Source: Treponemataceae bacterium (GTDB lineage: Bacteria > Spirochaetota > Spirochaetia > Treponematales > Rectinemataceae). Taken from it: a stretch of 64,000 nucleotides of DNA. This document shows positions 26,381-35,803 of the stretch, in pieces. The number at the start of each line of letters is the position of its first letter. Position 1 is the stretch's first letter. The notes beneath the pieces were generated by a model. That model was not told where the DNA came from, searched no databases, and saw only the letters and a list, made by a program, of their open reading frames with translations. The position numbers and the translations under genes are program-made. Where the stretch lies: the NCBI GenBank assembly GCA_963667725.2, contig CAXXHO010000003.1:736001-800000 (forward strand). The letters are read 5' to 3'.

Positions 26381-28155
26381 GACGAGGTCCTTTCGGAATC
26401 GTCGTAGGAATCGCCCGGCCCCTGGGCCTGGAAGGATTCAATGATGGACGTGAGGGCCGATTCGGCGTCGGCCGCGTTTTCGCCCAGCAAATAGGCGATC
26501 TTCTGCACCGTCTTGAGGTTCTGGCGCATGACGGTCCGCGCCTGGTGGATGACCCTGTCCTTCTGTATCCATGGGGCGGTTATGTCCTGGAACAATCCAC
26601 CGGCAAGCAGGCCCTTCTCTATGCTAAATACGGTGCCGTGGATGACCCTGTCCTTTATGCGGAAGTCCGACGTGAGGCTGTCGGCGCGGCCAGCGGTGAG
26701 CACGTCCTGAAACGCCTGCCAGAAGGGCACGAGTTTCTTGATGTCGGCGTTTTCCATGGTCGGCCTGACCTCGAAAATGGCCATCGCCTCGGCGCCGAGC
26801 AGCTCGGCGAAGGGCTTGTTGGACTCCACCACGCGCATCGCTGCGTCCACGACGACAGCGGCCGAAGGCATGGCTTTGAGGAGAGCGTTGGCCTTTTTCT
26901 GCGCCAGGTTTCTCATGTAGGAAACGCACATGGTCTTTTCGGCCTTGTCCAGCAGCATCGCCCTGGCGAAGGCTCGGCATGAGTCATAGCCGCAGCCTGA
27001 ACAGTTCAATTCGTCCTTATGGCCATATTTTCCGATCGAGGCTAGGGCTAGCCTCAAGTTCTCGTCGGAGACGGCTTCTTCCTTCACCGGCCCTTCCATG
27101 AGCGAGCGGGGCTGGAGGAGCATCCCCGTTCTCAAGGGGGCTGGAGCCTCGTATTTCCGCGCGTCGGCGTAGGTCAGAACCCGCAGCCTTTTGGCGACCG
27201 TCCCCGAGCCGCGCGCGGATTTGGGGCCGTTGATGCAGCCTCCCTCGCAGGCTAGCAGCTCGATGAACAGCGTTTTATCTCCGGATGCGGGAAAATCGGC
27301 GTCGAGCGCGAGCTCTCCGCCCTGAACCGCCTCCCTGATCTGCCTAATGCCCGAGAAGGTCATGCAATGCGCGTCCTGGAGCCCGGCATGCTTGAGGGAG
27401 GCGATCATGCCTCCTTCGATAGGATAGAGCGCCCCATGGAAAGACCTTTTGGGGAACAGGTGGTCGTCATTCGTGGGCTGAATGGTCTTAATGTCGATTT
27501 TTTCTTCTTCGAGCCACGCCCGCAGCTCGCAGAAGGTCAGCGCGACGTCGATCGCGCCTTCCGACCCGTCGGCTTCTGTCTTTTTCGCTATGCAGGGGCC
27601 GGCGAAGATGACCGCCGTATCCTGTCCGAGCATGTCCTTCAGGTACCTTCCGTGGGCGACCATGGGCGAACAGACATCGGCGATATAACCCGAAAACGCC
27701 GGCAGATACTTATGAATGTATTGAACGACGGAAGGGCAGGCCGAGGAGATGAGAATCCCGGGTTTATTCTTTTTTATGGAACGGCTGAGTTCGGCCGATA
27801 CGAGATCGGCGCCGAAGGATGTTTCCGAGACGGCGTGGAAGCCCAAGGCCTTGATCGCGGCGACGATGTTTTCCATGGGTACGCCGGGAAATTCGGCGGC
27901 GAAGGAAGGCGCGATGGAGAGCACGGACTTGGCCCTGAGCCGAACCAGGATCTTGGCCCGCTCCAGATCGCTCCTCACTTTTTTCGCCTTCTGAGGGCAG
28001 ACTTCGACGCAGTGCCCGCAGTTGATACACAGCTCCCCCATGACTTTGGCGTGGTTTTCCGAGATGCGTATCGCCTTCACGGGGCATTCCCTCAGGCATT
28101 TGTAGCAATCCTGACAGGCCGTCAGCTCGGTATAGATGGCTTGATCCTTATTCAC
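26377..28155 (-). CDS. Sensory [FeFe]-hydrogenase with Fe-S and PAS domains (HydS/HfsB-like)
   Basis: N-terminal 2x[4Fe-4S]; SSACP, GPCIAKK.E, ELLACEGGCING; NCSGCGY.SC; C-terminal PAS-like domain. Confidence 0.88.
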   Translation of the reverse strand: MNKDQAIYTELTACQDCYKCLRECPVKAIRISENHAKVMGELCINCGHCVEVCPQKAKKVRSDLERAKILVRLRAKSVLSIAPSFAAEFPGVPMENIVAAIKALGFHAVSETSFGADLVSAELSRSIKKNKPGILISSACPSVVQYIHKYLPAFSGYIADVCSPMVAHGRYLKDMLGQDTAVIFAGPCIAKKTEADGSEGAIDVALTFCELRAWLEEEKIDIKTIQPTNDDHLFPKRSFHGALYPIEGGMIASLKHAGLQDAHCMTFSGIRQIREAVQGGELALDADFPASGDKTLFIELLACEGGCINGPKSARGSGTVAKRLRVLTYADARKYEAPAPLRTGMLLQPRSLMEGPVKEEAVSDENLRLALASIGKYGHKDELNCSGCGYDSCRAFARAMLLDKAEKTMCVSYMRNLAQKKANALLKAMPSAAVVVDAAMRVVESNKPFAELLGAEAMAIFEVRPTMENADIKKLVPFWQAFQDVLTAGRADSLTSDFRIKDRVIHGTVFSIEKGLLAGGLFQDITAPWIQKDRVIHQARTVMRQNLKTVQKIAYLLGENAADAESALTSIIESFQAQGPGDSYDDSERTSS

Positions 28156-28460
28156 GCCGACGCTCCCTTATAATCCGAATCTCCCGTGTCTTTCACGCCT
28201 TCCTCGCCTTCCTCCGCCGGGAATTCATGTTCGAGGATGTCGCTTACGCTCGCGGAATTCACTTTCGTATAGATCGCCGATCCGATCTTCAGTATTGGAC
28301 CTTCGCGGCACCTTCCCTCGCAGAGGGTGCCGCCGAGCTCTATATGGGCATCCATCCGATGGTTTCTAAGCCATGTCTGTATCGCTTCCACATTGTAGGC
28401 GTTTCCTCTGGCATAGCAGGAACTGCCCATGCAGATGGTGATGGTTTTTTTAGGTTTCAT
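28152..28460 (-). CDS. Thioredoxin-like [2Fe-2S] protein (HfsA-like)
   Basis: ICMGSSCYARG...LCEGRCREGP. Confidence 0.85.
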   Translation of the reverse strand: MKPKKTITICMGSSCYARGNAYNVEAIQTWLRNHRMDAHIELGGTLCEGRCREGPILKIGSAIYTKVNSASVSDILEHEFPAEEGEEGVKDTGDSDYKGASA

Positions 28461-28470
28461 AAGATAAAAT

Positions 28471-28500
28471 ATTATATATAAAATACTATCTAATAGTCAA
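28471..28500 (-). promoter_or_regulatory. Sigma70 promoter of the hydrogenase operon
   Basis: Minus strand TTGACT-N18-TATAAT, 10 nt before ATG 28460. Confidence 0.6.
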
Positions 28501-28558
28501 TACGCAAAGAGTATCGCTTGGACTGTACCCTGAGTCGCCGCTATGCTACTATAACTCC

Positions 28559-30379
28559 GTGGCAACTTCCAAACAAAATAACAAGCCCATATACGACGAA
28601 TCGAAGATCAAGACGCTGTCTTCCCTTGAGCATATCCGTCTTCGGACGGGCATGTACATCGGCAGGCTGGGCGACGGCTCGAATATCGACGACGGCATCT
28701 ATGTCCTTATAAAAGAAGTAATTGATAACTCTGTGGATGAGTTCATCATGGGGGCTGGAAACCGCATCGCGGTGACCGTGGCCGGCGACAGGATCCGCGT
28801 GAGGGACTACGGGCGCGGCATACCCCTCGGCAAGGTCATCGACTGCGTTTCGATCATCAATACGGGCGCCAAGTACAACGACGAGGTCTTCCAGTTCTCG
28901 GTAGGCCTGAACGGAGTTGGAACCAAAGCGGTCAACGCACTCTCGAAGAATTTCCACGTCGTCTCCTACCGAGACAGCCGTCTCTTCGAGGCGACCTTCG
29001 AGCGGGGAGTGCTGAAAAGTTCCCGCGAGGACTCGGCGGGCAGGGAGAAAAATGGTCTTCTTGTGGAATTCACCCCCGACACGGACATATTCCCCGAGTA
29101 CAGCTATAACATGGAGTTCCTGGAAAAGCGGATGTGGGCCTACGCCTGCCTCAATACGGGTCTCACGATCATCCTCAACGGCAAGGAATTCAAGGCCCAA
29201 CATGGACTTCTCGATCTTCTCGACTCGGAGGTCAACGGTTCAGCCCTCTACGACATAGGCTGGTACGTAGGCGACAAGATCGAGTTCTCCTTCACCCATA
29301 CCAACAACTACGGCGAGGAACATTTTTCCTTCGTCAACGGCCAGTATACCTCGGACGGCGGCACCCACCTTTCGGCCTTCCGCGAGGGCTTCCTCAAGGC
29401 GGTCAACGAATTCTACCAGGCTTCCTGGAAGGGCGAGGACATACGCGAGGGGGTGGCGGCGGCCGTGGCGGTCAAACTCCAGAATCCTCTCTTCGAGAGC
29501 CAGACCAAGAACAAGCTCGGCAACGCCGAAATCCGTCCCTGGATACAGCAGGAAGTGAAACGAGGCGTCGACGAGTTCCTGAGGCGCAATCCCGTGGCGG
29601 CCAAGAAGCTCCAGGAAAAGATACTCTCCAGCGAAAAGCTGCGCACCGAACTCAATGTGGTCAAGAAAGAAGCCAAGGAAGCGGCGAAAAAGATCGAACT
29701 CAAGATCCCCAAGCTCAAGGACTGCAAGTACCACCTGGGCGACGGGGAGAAGGGCGACGGATCGATGATCTTCATCACCGAGGGACAGTCGGCGGCCGGT
29801 TCGATGGTCAGTTCCCGCGATGTCTACACCCAGGCCATCTTCTCCCTCAGGGGCAAGCCGGAAAACATGTTCGGCAGGCGCCAGACCGCCATCTACAAGA
29901 ACGAGGAACTCTACAATCTCATGATGGCCCTGGGCATTGAGAACGAGCTGGAAAACCTGCGCTACGGCAAGATCATCATGGCCACCGACGCCGACTACGA
30001 CGGCTTTCACATCCGCAATCTCCTCCTCACCTTTTTCCTCACCTATTTCGAGGAACTGGTGACGCAAGGCAGGGTGTACATTCTCGAGACGCCCCTCTTC
30101 AGGGTCAGAACCAAGAAGGAGACGAGATACTGCTACAGCGCGCGGGAGCGGGACGAAGCCATCAAAGCCCTCGGCCCGAGCAGCGAGACGACGCGGTTCA
30201 AGGGCTTGGGGGAGATCAGCCCGGCTGAGTTCGGTCAGTTCATAGGAAAGGATCTGCGTATCGTGAAAGTGGATATACAGACCCTGGCCTCGGTGCCCGA
30301 GCTCCTCGAATTCTATATGGGCAAGAACACGCCCGATCGCAGGGAATACATCATGCAGAATCTCATCGCGGACCTCTAG
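28559..30379 (+). CDS. parE: DNA topoisomerase IV subunit B
   Basis: EHIRLRTGMYIG, EVIDNSVDE, GLNGVG, TEGQSA, TDADYDG, RFKGLGE. Confidence 0.9.
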   Translation: MATSKQNNKPIYDESKIKTLSSLEHIRLRTGMYIGRLGDGSNIDDGIYVLIKEVIDNSVDEFIMGAGNRIAVTVAGDRIRVRDYGRGIPLGKVIDCVSIINTGAKYNDEVFQFSVGLNGVGTKAVNALSKNFHVVSYRDSRLFEATFERGVLKSSREDSAGREKNGLLVEFTPDTDIFPEYSYNMEFLEKRMWAYACLNTGLTIILNGKEFKAQHGLLDLLDSEVNGSALYDIGWYVGDKIEFSFTHTNNYGEEHFSFVNGQYTSDGGTHLSAFREGFLKAVNEFYQASWKGEDIREGVAAAVAVKLQNPLFESQTKNKLGNAEIRPWIQQEVKRGVDEFLRRNPVAAKKLQEKILSSEKLRTELNVVKKEAKEAAKKIELKIPKLKDCKYHLGDGEKGDGSMIFITEGQSAAGSMVSSRDVYTQAIFSLRGKPENMFGRRQTAIYKNEELYNLMMALGIENELENLRYGKIIMATDADYDGFHIRNLLLTFFLTYFEELVTQGRVYILETPLFRVRTKKETRYCYSARERDEAIKALGPSSETTRFKGLGEISPAEFGQFIGKDLRIVKVDIQTLASVPELLEFYMGKNTPDRREYIMQNLIADL

Positions 30380-30388
30380 GAAGCAGCC

Positions 30389-32524
30389 ATGGCATACCTG
30401 AAGAAGCTTTTCAACGATAATTTCCTCTACTACGCCTCCTACGTCATAAAGGACCGCGCCATCCCCGATCTCGAGGACGGCCTCAAACCCGTACAGCGGC
30501 GCATTCTCCACTCCCTCTTCGAGATGGATGACGGCAAGTTCCATAAGGTGGCCAACGCGATAGGCCACTGCATGAAGTACCACCCCCACGGGGACCAGTC
30601 GATCGGCTCGGCCCTCGTCGTCCTGGCGAACAAGGAACTTTTCATAGACAAGCAGGGCAACTTCGGCAATATTTTCACGGGCGACGAGGCATCGGCCGCG
30701 CGATATATCGAATGCCGGGCTTCGGCCTTCGCCAAGGAAGTCTTCTACAATCCCAAGACGACTACCTACGTCGATTCCTACGACGGACGGAACAAGGAGC
30801 CCAGGCATTTCCCCGCCAAGCTCCCCGTCGTCCTTCTCATGGGCGCCGAGGGCATCGCGGTGGGGATGAGCACGAAGATCCTGCCCCATAATCCGGTGGA
30901 GGTGATCAAGGCCGAGATAGCCTGTCTTCAGGGCAAGAAATTCGAGGTCTACCCGGATTTCCCGACGGGCGGATCGATGGACCTCTCGGACTACAGGGAG
31001 GGCAACGGGAAGGTTCTCGTACGGGCCAAACTCGACACTTCCGATCCCAAGAAGATCGTGATCAGGGAGATTCCCTATTCCTCGACGACGGAAAGCCTCA
31101 TAGCGAGCATCGAGGCGGCTTCCCGCTCGGGCCAGCTCAAGATAGCCTCGATCTCCGATTTCACCACGGATAAAGTGGAGATCGAGATACGCCTCCAGCG
31201 CGGCGTGTACACTCAGGAAGTGATCGACGCTCTGTACGCCTTTACCGAGTGCGAGCAGAGCATCTCCTGCAACTGCCTCGTCATTCACGACCAGAAACCG
31301 GAGATCACGACCCCAGCCGAGATCGTCCGCCACCATGCCGACAAGCTTCTCGCCGTCCTGAAAAAGGAACTGGAGATAATCCGCGACGAACTGCTGGACG
31401 AGCTGCATGCCAGGACCCTCGAACGCATCTTCATCGAGGAGCGTGTCTACAAGCGCATCGAGAACAAAAAGACCCAGGAGACGGTCAACCTCGCCGTGCT
31501 CGAAGGGCTCGAGCCCTTCGCCAAGGAGATTGGCAGAGCGGTGACTCCCGAGGATATTGAACGCCTGCTGAAGATACCGATTCGCCGAATATCGCTGTAC
31601 GATATAGAAAAAGCGAAGGACGAGATGCGCAGGCTCGGCGATCGCCTCAAGGAAATCGAGGCGCATCTTCGCGGCCTCGTGGCCTATGCCGTAGACTTCC
31701 TCAAGGGCATGGCCAAGAAGCTTGAGTCCTCGTGGCCGCGGCGCACCGCCATCCAGAGCTTCTCCAAGATCGACGTCAAGGAAGCGGCGCGCCGCGACGT
31801 CGCGCTCCGCTACGACGAGCAGTCGGGGTATTTGGGGATGGCCGTCTCCTCGGGAGAAAAACTGCTCGAGGTTTCAGCCTTCGACCGCATTCTCATAGTC
31901 CGGCACAGTGGCATGTACTCGGTGGTGCCCGTTCCGGAAAAACTCTTCGTCGATCAGGGGCTTCAATGGGTGGCTGTCGCCAACAAGGAAGAGATCAGCT
32001 CCACCCCGCTCACGATTGTCTATCGCGCCGCGGGGACAGGTTTCCCCTACATCAAGAGGAGTTCGATCGAAACCTGGATCATCGGCAAGGATTATTCCCT
32101 CATTCCCGAAGGAGCCCAGATGCTCCTTTTCTCGACGGAGAAGGATTTCGAGTTCACCCTCAGTTATGCCAAGAAAGCCCGCACCAAAAAGAACGAAGAG
32201 ACCTTCAAGACGAAAAATTATATGCGCAAGGGCATGAAATCGGCCGGTCAGCGCCTCGCCACCAGGGAAGTCCTGGAGGCCGTTTCCGCGGCCAGGCGGG
32301 TCAAGCCCACGGGGCCGAACGAGCCCGAGCTGATCCCCGAAGCCGACTTCAGCCTGGAGAGCGCCGCGAAGACGGTAGTACCAGCAAAGCCGGTCAACCC
32401 GAAACCTCCCCGGAAAAAACGGGAGACGCCTAAGCCAGCCGAAGAGCGCCCCCATGGATTGCTGGCTGCCCTGGCGAGAAAGAAAGCCGAGCAGGGCGAC
32501 GAAGAAAAGAAAAAGCCGAAATGA
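30389..32524 (+). CDS. parC: DNA topoisomerase IV subunit A
   Basis: DGLKPVQRR, YHPHGD, catalytic AARYIE, PDFPTGG. Confidence 0.9.
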   Translation: MAYLKKLFNDNFLYYASYVIKDRAIPDLEDGLKPVQRRILHSLFEMDDGKFHKVANAIGHCMKYHPHGDQSIGSALVVLANKELFIDKQGNFGNIFTGDEASAARYIECRASAFAKEVFYNPKTTTYVDSYDGRNKEPRHFPAKLPVVLLMGAEGIAVGMSTKILPHNPVEVIKAEIACLQGKKFEVYPDFPTGGSMDLSDYREGNGKVLVRAKLDTSDPKKIVIREIPYSSTTESLIASIEAASRSGQLKIASISDFTTDKVEIEIRLQRGVYTQEVIDALYAFTECEQSISCNCLVIHDQKPEITTPAEIVRHHADKLLAVLKKELEIIRDELLDELHARTLERIFIEERVYKRIENKKTQETVNLAVLEGLEPFAKEIGRAVTPEDIERLLKIPIRRISLYDIEKAKDEMRRLGDRLKEIEAHLRGLVAYAVDFLKGMAKKLESSWPRRTAIQSFSKIDVKEAARRDVALRYDEQSGYLGMAVSSGEKLLEVSAFDRILIVRHSGMYSVVPVPEKLFVDQGLQWVAVANKEEISSTPLTIVYRAAGTGFPYIKRSSIETWIIGKDYSLIPEGAQMLLFSTEKDFEFTLSYAKKARTKKNEETFKTKNYMRKGMKSAGQRLATREVLEAVSAARRVKPTGPNEPELIPEADFSLESAAKTVVPAKPVNPKPPRKKRETPKPAEERPHGLLAALARKKAEQGDEEKKKPK

Positions 32525-32592
32525 GATTCCTATTGACAAAGCCATGAGAAGACGCTAAATTTCATTCGCTTTTGGAGATTATCCAACAGCTT

Positions 32593-32665
32593 TCCCCTGT
32601 AGCTCAGCTGGCAGAGCAAGTGGCTGTTAACCACTGGGTCCCTGGTTCGAACCCGGGCGGGGGAG
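32593..32665 (+). tRNA. tRNA-Asn (GTT)
   Basis: Cloverleaf TCCCCTG...CGGGGGA-G, anticodon arm agtgg-ctGTTaa-ccact, GGTTCGAA T-loop; CCA not encoded. Confidence 0.95.
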
Positions 32666-32713
32666 CGTCAAAAGAAAAGGGTCATCCGAGAGGATGACCC
32701 TTTTCTTTTGACG
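32666..32713. terminator. Bidirectional terminator, 22-bp perfect inverted repeat
   Basis: cgtcaaaagaaaagggtcatcc-gaga-ggatgacccttttcttttgacg. Confidence 0.85.
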
Positions 32714-32814
32714 GCGACGAACCTACCGGTTCGTCGTTTTACTTGAAATAGACGGCGACGAACCTACCGGTTCGTCGATTTACTTGACGCACGACGACGA
32801 ACCTTCGGTTAGCG
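32710..32814. repeat. Tandem REP-like palindromic repeats (two near-identical 37-nt copies, period 41, plus a degenerate third)
   Basis: gacggcgacgaacctaccggttcgtcg[t/a]tttacttga at 32710 and 32751; acgacgacgaaccttcggtt at 32791. Confidence 0.85.
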
Positions 32815-32856
32815 CAGCCCAATCTTTCCCATACTGCGTTTGTTATCTATTTGACC

Positions 32857-33576
32857 TTAGAACGGCCGATAGCTTATCCCATCGTCGTAGACATCGGTCT
32901 TTTCCATTTTCTTCCACCAGCGAACCACGATGAAGGTGATCGGAAAGATCAGAAGCTCATAGGCTGAGGCCAGGGACGATTCGGAGAGGGTGTTCTGAAG
33001 TATCTGGGAGGGAGTCCAAACGCCTGAAAAAGCCAGGATATTGAAGAGAGCCGTATCGATCATGTGAGCGGGGAGGCTTGAAGCCATCGCTCTCAAAAAG
33101 AAATGCCTTCCTTTCTGCGCGACCTTCATTTTTGAAAGGACGAGGGAATTCAGCCAATCCCCGACCCAGTACGCCACCAGCGATCCCGCGGCGATCCGCC
33201 AGGTTGTCGAAAAAAGGACAGTCATCGCGTTCTGTATCGAATCGTCGATCCCGCGGAGCCGAATCGTCAGCGACAGGATGATGGCGATCAAGGCTTGGGC
33301 CGAGAAATTCGCCCAGATCGCCTTCATCGATAAACGATAGCCGTAGATTTCCGTCATGATGTCGGAAATGACATAGACAAGGGGGTAGGTGAAGAAAGCG
33401 GCGGTCAGCAGAAACGGGCCGACGCGGACAAGCTTCACCACCGTGATGTTCGAGATGATGAGCAGGGCGGCATAGAAAATGGCCAGAAATATAAACGCTG
33501 GCGTCGCTGTGGTGATTTTATCCTTAGCGAGTGGGTCTTTCATCTTTTCCTTCTTCGAAGCGGAGAATTCAGCCAT
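32857..33576 (-). CDS. Queuosine precursor transporter (VUT/YhhQ family)
   Basis: ISNI...K, YPLVYVISDIMTEIYG, GSLVAY.VG.WLN, R..AS, DT motifs; start could be 33543. Confidence 0.85.
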   Translation of the reverse strand: MAEFSASKKEKMKDPLAKDKITTATPAFIFLAIFYAALLIISNITVVKLVRVGPFLLTAAFFTYPLVYVISDIMTEIYGYRLSMKAIWANFSAQALIAIILSLTIRLRGIDDSIQNAMTVLFSTTWRIAAGSLVAYWVGDWLNSLVLSKMKVAQKGRHFFLRAMASSLPAHMIDTALFNILAFSGVWTPSQILQNTLSESSLASAYELLIFPITFIVVRWWKKMEKTDVYDDGISYRPF

Positions 33577-35803
33577 CCAGCATGGAGATGAACGTTTTGA
33601 CTATATCGGGATCGAAATGCCGGCCGGCCTGTTCCCGTATATAGTCCATCGCTTTTTCTTTGCTCCACGCTTTTCGATACGGCCTGTCGCTGGTCAGCGC
33701 GTCGAATACGTCTATCACGGAGAATAACCGGGCGGCAAGAGGTATCTTCTCGCCTTTCAGCCCCTCGGGGTACCCGCTGCCGTCCCATTTTTCATGATGA
33801 TAGAGGGGTATGACGAGGCTTTCCTTCAGATAGGGGATTCTCGACAGCATATTGTAGGCGATGAGCGGATGCGTCTTCATGAGTTTCCATTCTTCTTCAT
33901 CCAGTTGGCCTGGCTTTTTCAGGATGCTGTCGGGAATGCCAATTTTTCCGACATCGTGGAGCAGGGCGCCGCGGCTGATAGTGGATATTTCCTCTTCCGG
34001 AATACCCAGACGGGCGGCCAGGGAGAGGGCCAGCGAAGTGACGCGTTTCGAATGCCCTTCGGTCTCCTGGTCCCGATAATCCATGGCCGCTGACCAGCCT
34101 TCAATGGTCGCTTCATAGGAAAGCTCCAGATCCAGGTAGGCATGCTGCAGATCCGCGTATATTGAGTTGTAGTCCAGGGCAAGACCGGTCTGTGTCGCGA
34201 TGGCGTCGAAGAGTATCATCCATTCGGGACTTGCGCTGAAGGGCTTTCTCTGGAAGGTTTCCAGTACGCCGGTTGTTTTTCCGGCGATGATGATCGGGGC
34301 GCATTGTTGGGATTCAAAGGCTTCGGCGCTGATGAGGGTTTCGAATTCTTTATTGTCATTGAGAGGTTCAATGTGGGGATTCGATACGATTCGCTGTTCC
34401 TCGGCCGCTATCCCGACATAGGGCTGGCCATAGCGGACTTTGGCGTTTTCGATGAGGCCAGTCCTGAATCCGCTCTGTGCCCGACATATCAAAAGGCCGC
34501 TCTCCTTGTCGTTCAGATAAAGGGCGACGGCGTCGCTGTCCAGGAATTTCTGCGTTTGGCGAAGCAGGGGTTCCATGACCATTTCGAAGTCCATATCGCT
34601 ATTGATGGTGCGGCTGATAAGCTTCAGGAATGATATATTCCTTATCTGCGCCGATATTTTCTGCTGAGCCATCACGCTTTGCAAAGCGACTTCCAGTTGT
34701 CTGGCCATGGAATCGAAAAGTTTTTTCAGATCCAGAGGAGAATCTTTTGGATAGCGGATCAGGAGCTGCCCGATCTTTTCCTCTCCCATGGTCATATGTC
34801 GGCTGAAGGTTTCGGATTCCTCGGAACGCGAATTTTCCGGCTTCTCGCCGAACCATTTTTCCTTGCCGGGTTTTCCGTCCGCGCAGAGACAGATGCCAGA
34901 CTGAATGTCCGGATACTGTTCCTTTAAAAATGCCGCCGCGTTCTGGCAAATTCCTTCGAGACTCTTGGCCTGCCCCAGGGAAGTGGACAGCCACAAATCC
35001 TGCTCCATTTCCTTTTTCTTCTGTTCTGAGGTCGATATGTCTTTCTTGATGACGACAATATGAGCGAGATTTCCATCCTTATCGATGACAGGGCAGAGTT
35101 TTTCTTCCTCGAAATATAGGCTTCCGTCTTTCTTTTTATTGACGCTGCAGACCACCTGTTCTTTCATCTCGAAAGGGTTTTCGCGTATAGACTCCAGCTT
35201 CTGGGAGCCTAGAGCGCTGCGGGAACTATTGAAAGCATTGTCCAGCAGTTCCGCGCTGGTATAGCCGGTCAGTTCCTCGTAGGCAGGGTTGATCCACTCG
35301 ATCCTGCCCGCCGCGCTTAAGACCGCTATGGCAGCCGGGGCGACCTTCAAAGCCGTCGCCTGAAGGGCTATCAGCGCGTTATGGATTTTCGCTTTTTCCT
35401 CATTCTGATAATAATCGAGGGCATGGTGAATCGCCGTGGGAAGCCTCGCGAGATTGTCCTTGAGGACATAGTCGTACACGCCCTGTTTGATGGCCAAAAT
35501 CGCGGCTTCTTCCCCTATTTTGCCCGATACAATGATGAAGGGAACATCGATGCCTTTCCGCTTTATCATCTCCAGTGCGGCCAAGCCATTGAACTGCGGA
35601 AGAGACCAATCCGAGATGATGATGTCGAGTTTCTGGGGGAGGGCTAAAAACGTTTCCAGCTCTTTGCGGCCCTGCACGTGGATGCATTCCGCACTGGTGA
35701 AATTGGTTTTCAGCGTATGTATGACGAGAAATGCGTCATCGGGATTGTCTTCGATGACAAGTATCCGGAAGGACGCGTCATGTTGATTATGGGAAGGCAT
35801 CAT
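33569..35803 (-). CDS. Response regulator with REC-PAS-GAF-HD-GYP domains (c-di-GMP phosphodiesterase)
   Basis: IEDNPDD...SDW..P..NG REC; HSKRV, LHDVGKIG, HHEKWDGSGYP; ATGA overlap at 35803. Confidence 0.9.
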   Translation of the reverse strand: MMPSHNQHDASFRILVIEDNPDDAFLVIHTLKTNFTSAECIHVQGRKELETFLALPQKLDIIISDWSLPQFNGLAALEMIKRKGIDVPFIIVSGKIGEEAAILAIKQGVYDYVLKDNLARLPTAIHHALDYYQNEEKAKIHNALIALQATALKVAPAAIAVLSAAGRIEWINPAYEELTGYTSAELLDNAFNSSRSALGSQKLESIRENPFEMKEQVVCSVNKKKDGSLYFEEEKLCPVIDKDGNLAHIVVIKKDISTSEQKKKEMEQDLWLSTSLGQAKSLEGICQNAAAFLKEQYPDIQSGICLCADGKPGKEKWFGEKPENSRSEESETFSRHMTMGEEKIGQLLIRYPKDSPLDLKKLFDSMARQLEVALQSVMAQQKISAQIRNISFLKLISRTINSDMDFEMVMEPLLRQTQKFLDSDAVALYLNDKESGLLICRAQSGFRTGLIENAKVRYGQPYVGIAAEEQRIVSNPHIEPLNDNKEFETLISAEAFESQQCAPIIIAGKTTGVLETFQRKPFSASPEWMILFDAIATQTGLALDYNSIYADLQHAYLDLELSYEATIEGWSAAMDYRDQETEGHSKRVTSLALSLAARLGIPEEEISTISRGALLHDVGKIGIPDSILKKPGQLDEEEWKLMKTHPLIAYNMLSRIPYLKESLVIPLYHHEKWDGSGYPEGLKGEKIPLAARLFSVIDVFDALTSDRPYRKAWSKEKAMDYIREQAGRHFDPDIVKTFISMLDG

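Noticed and set aside
29240..31666. 808-aa minus-strand ORF
   Set aside because: Antisense shadow of parE/parC caused by GC-rich codon bias; no recognisable motifs
32710..32814. Possible mini CRISPR array
   Set aside because: Only about 4 nt between repeats, no unique spacers, no cas genes in the window
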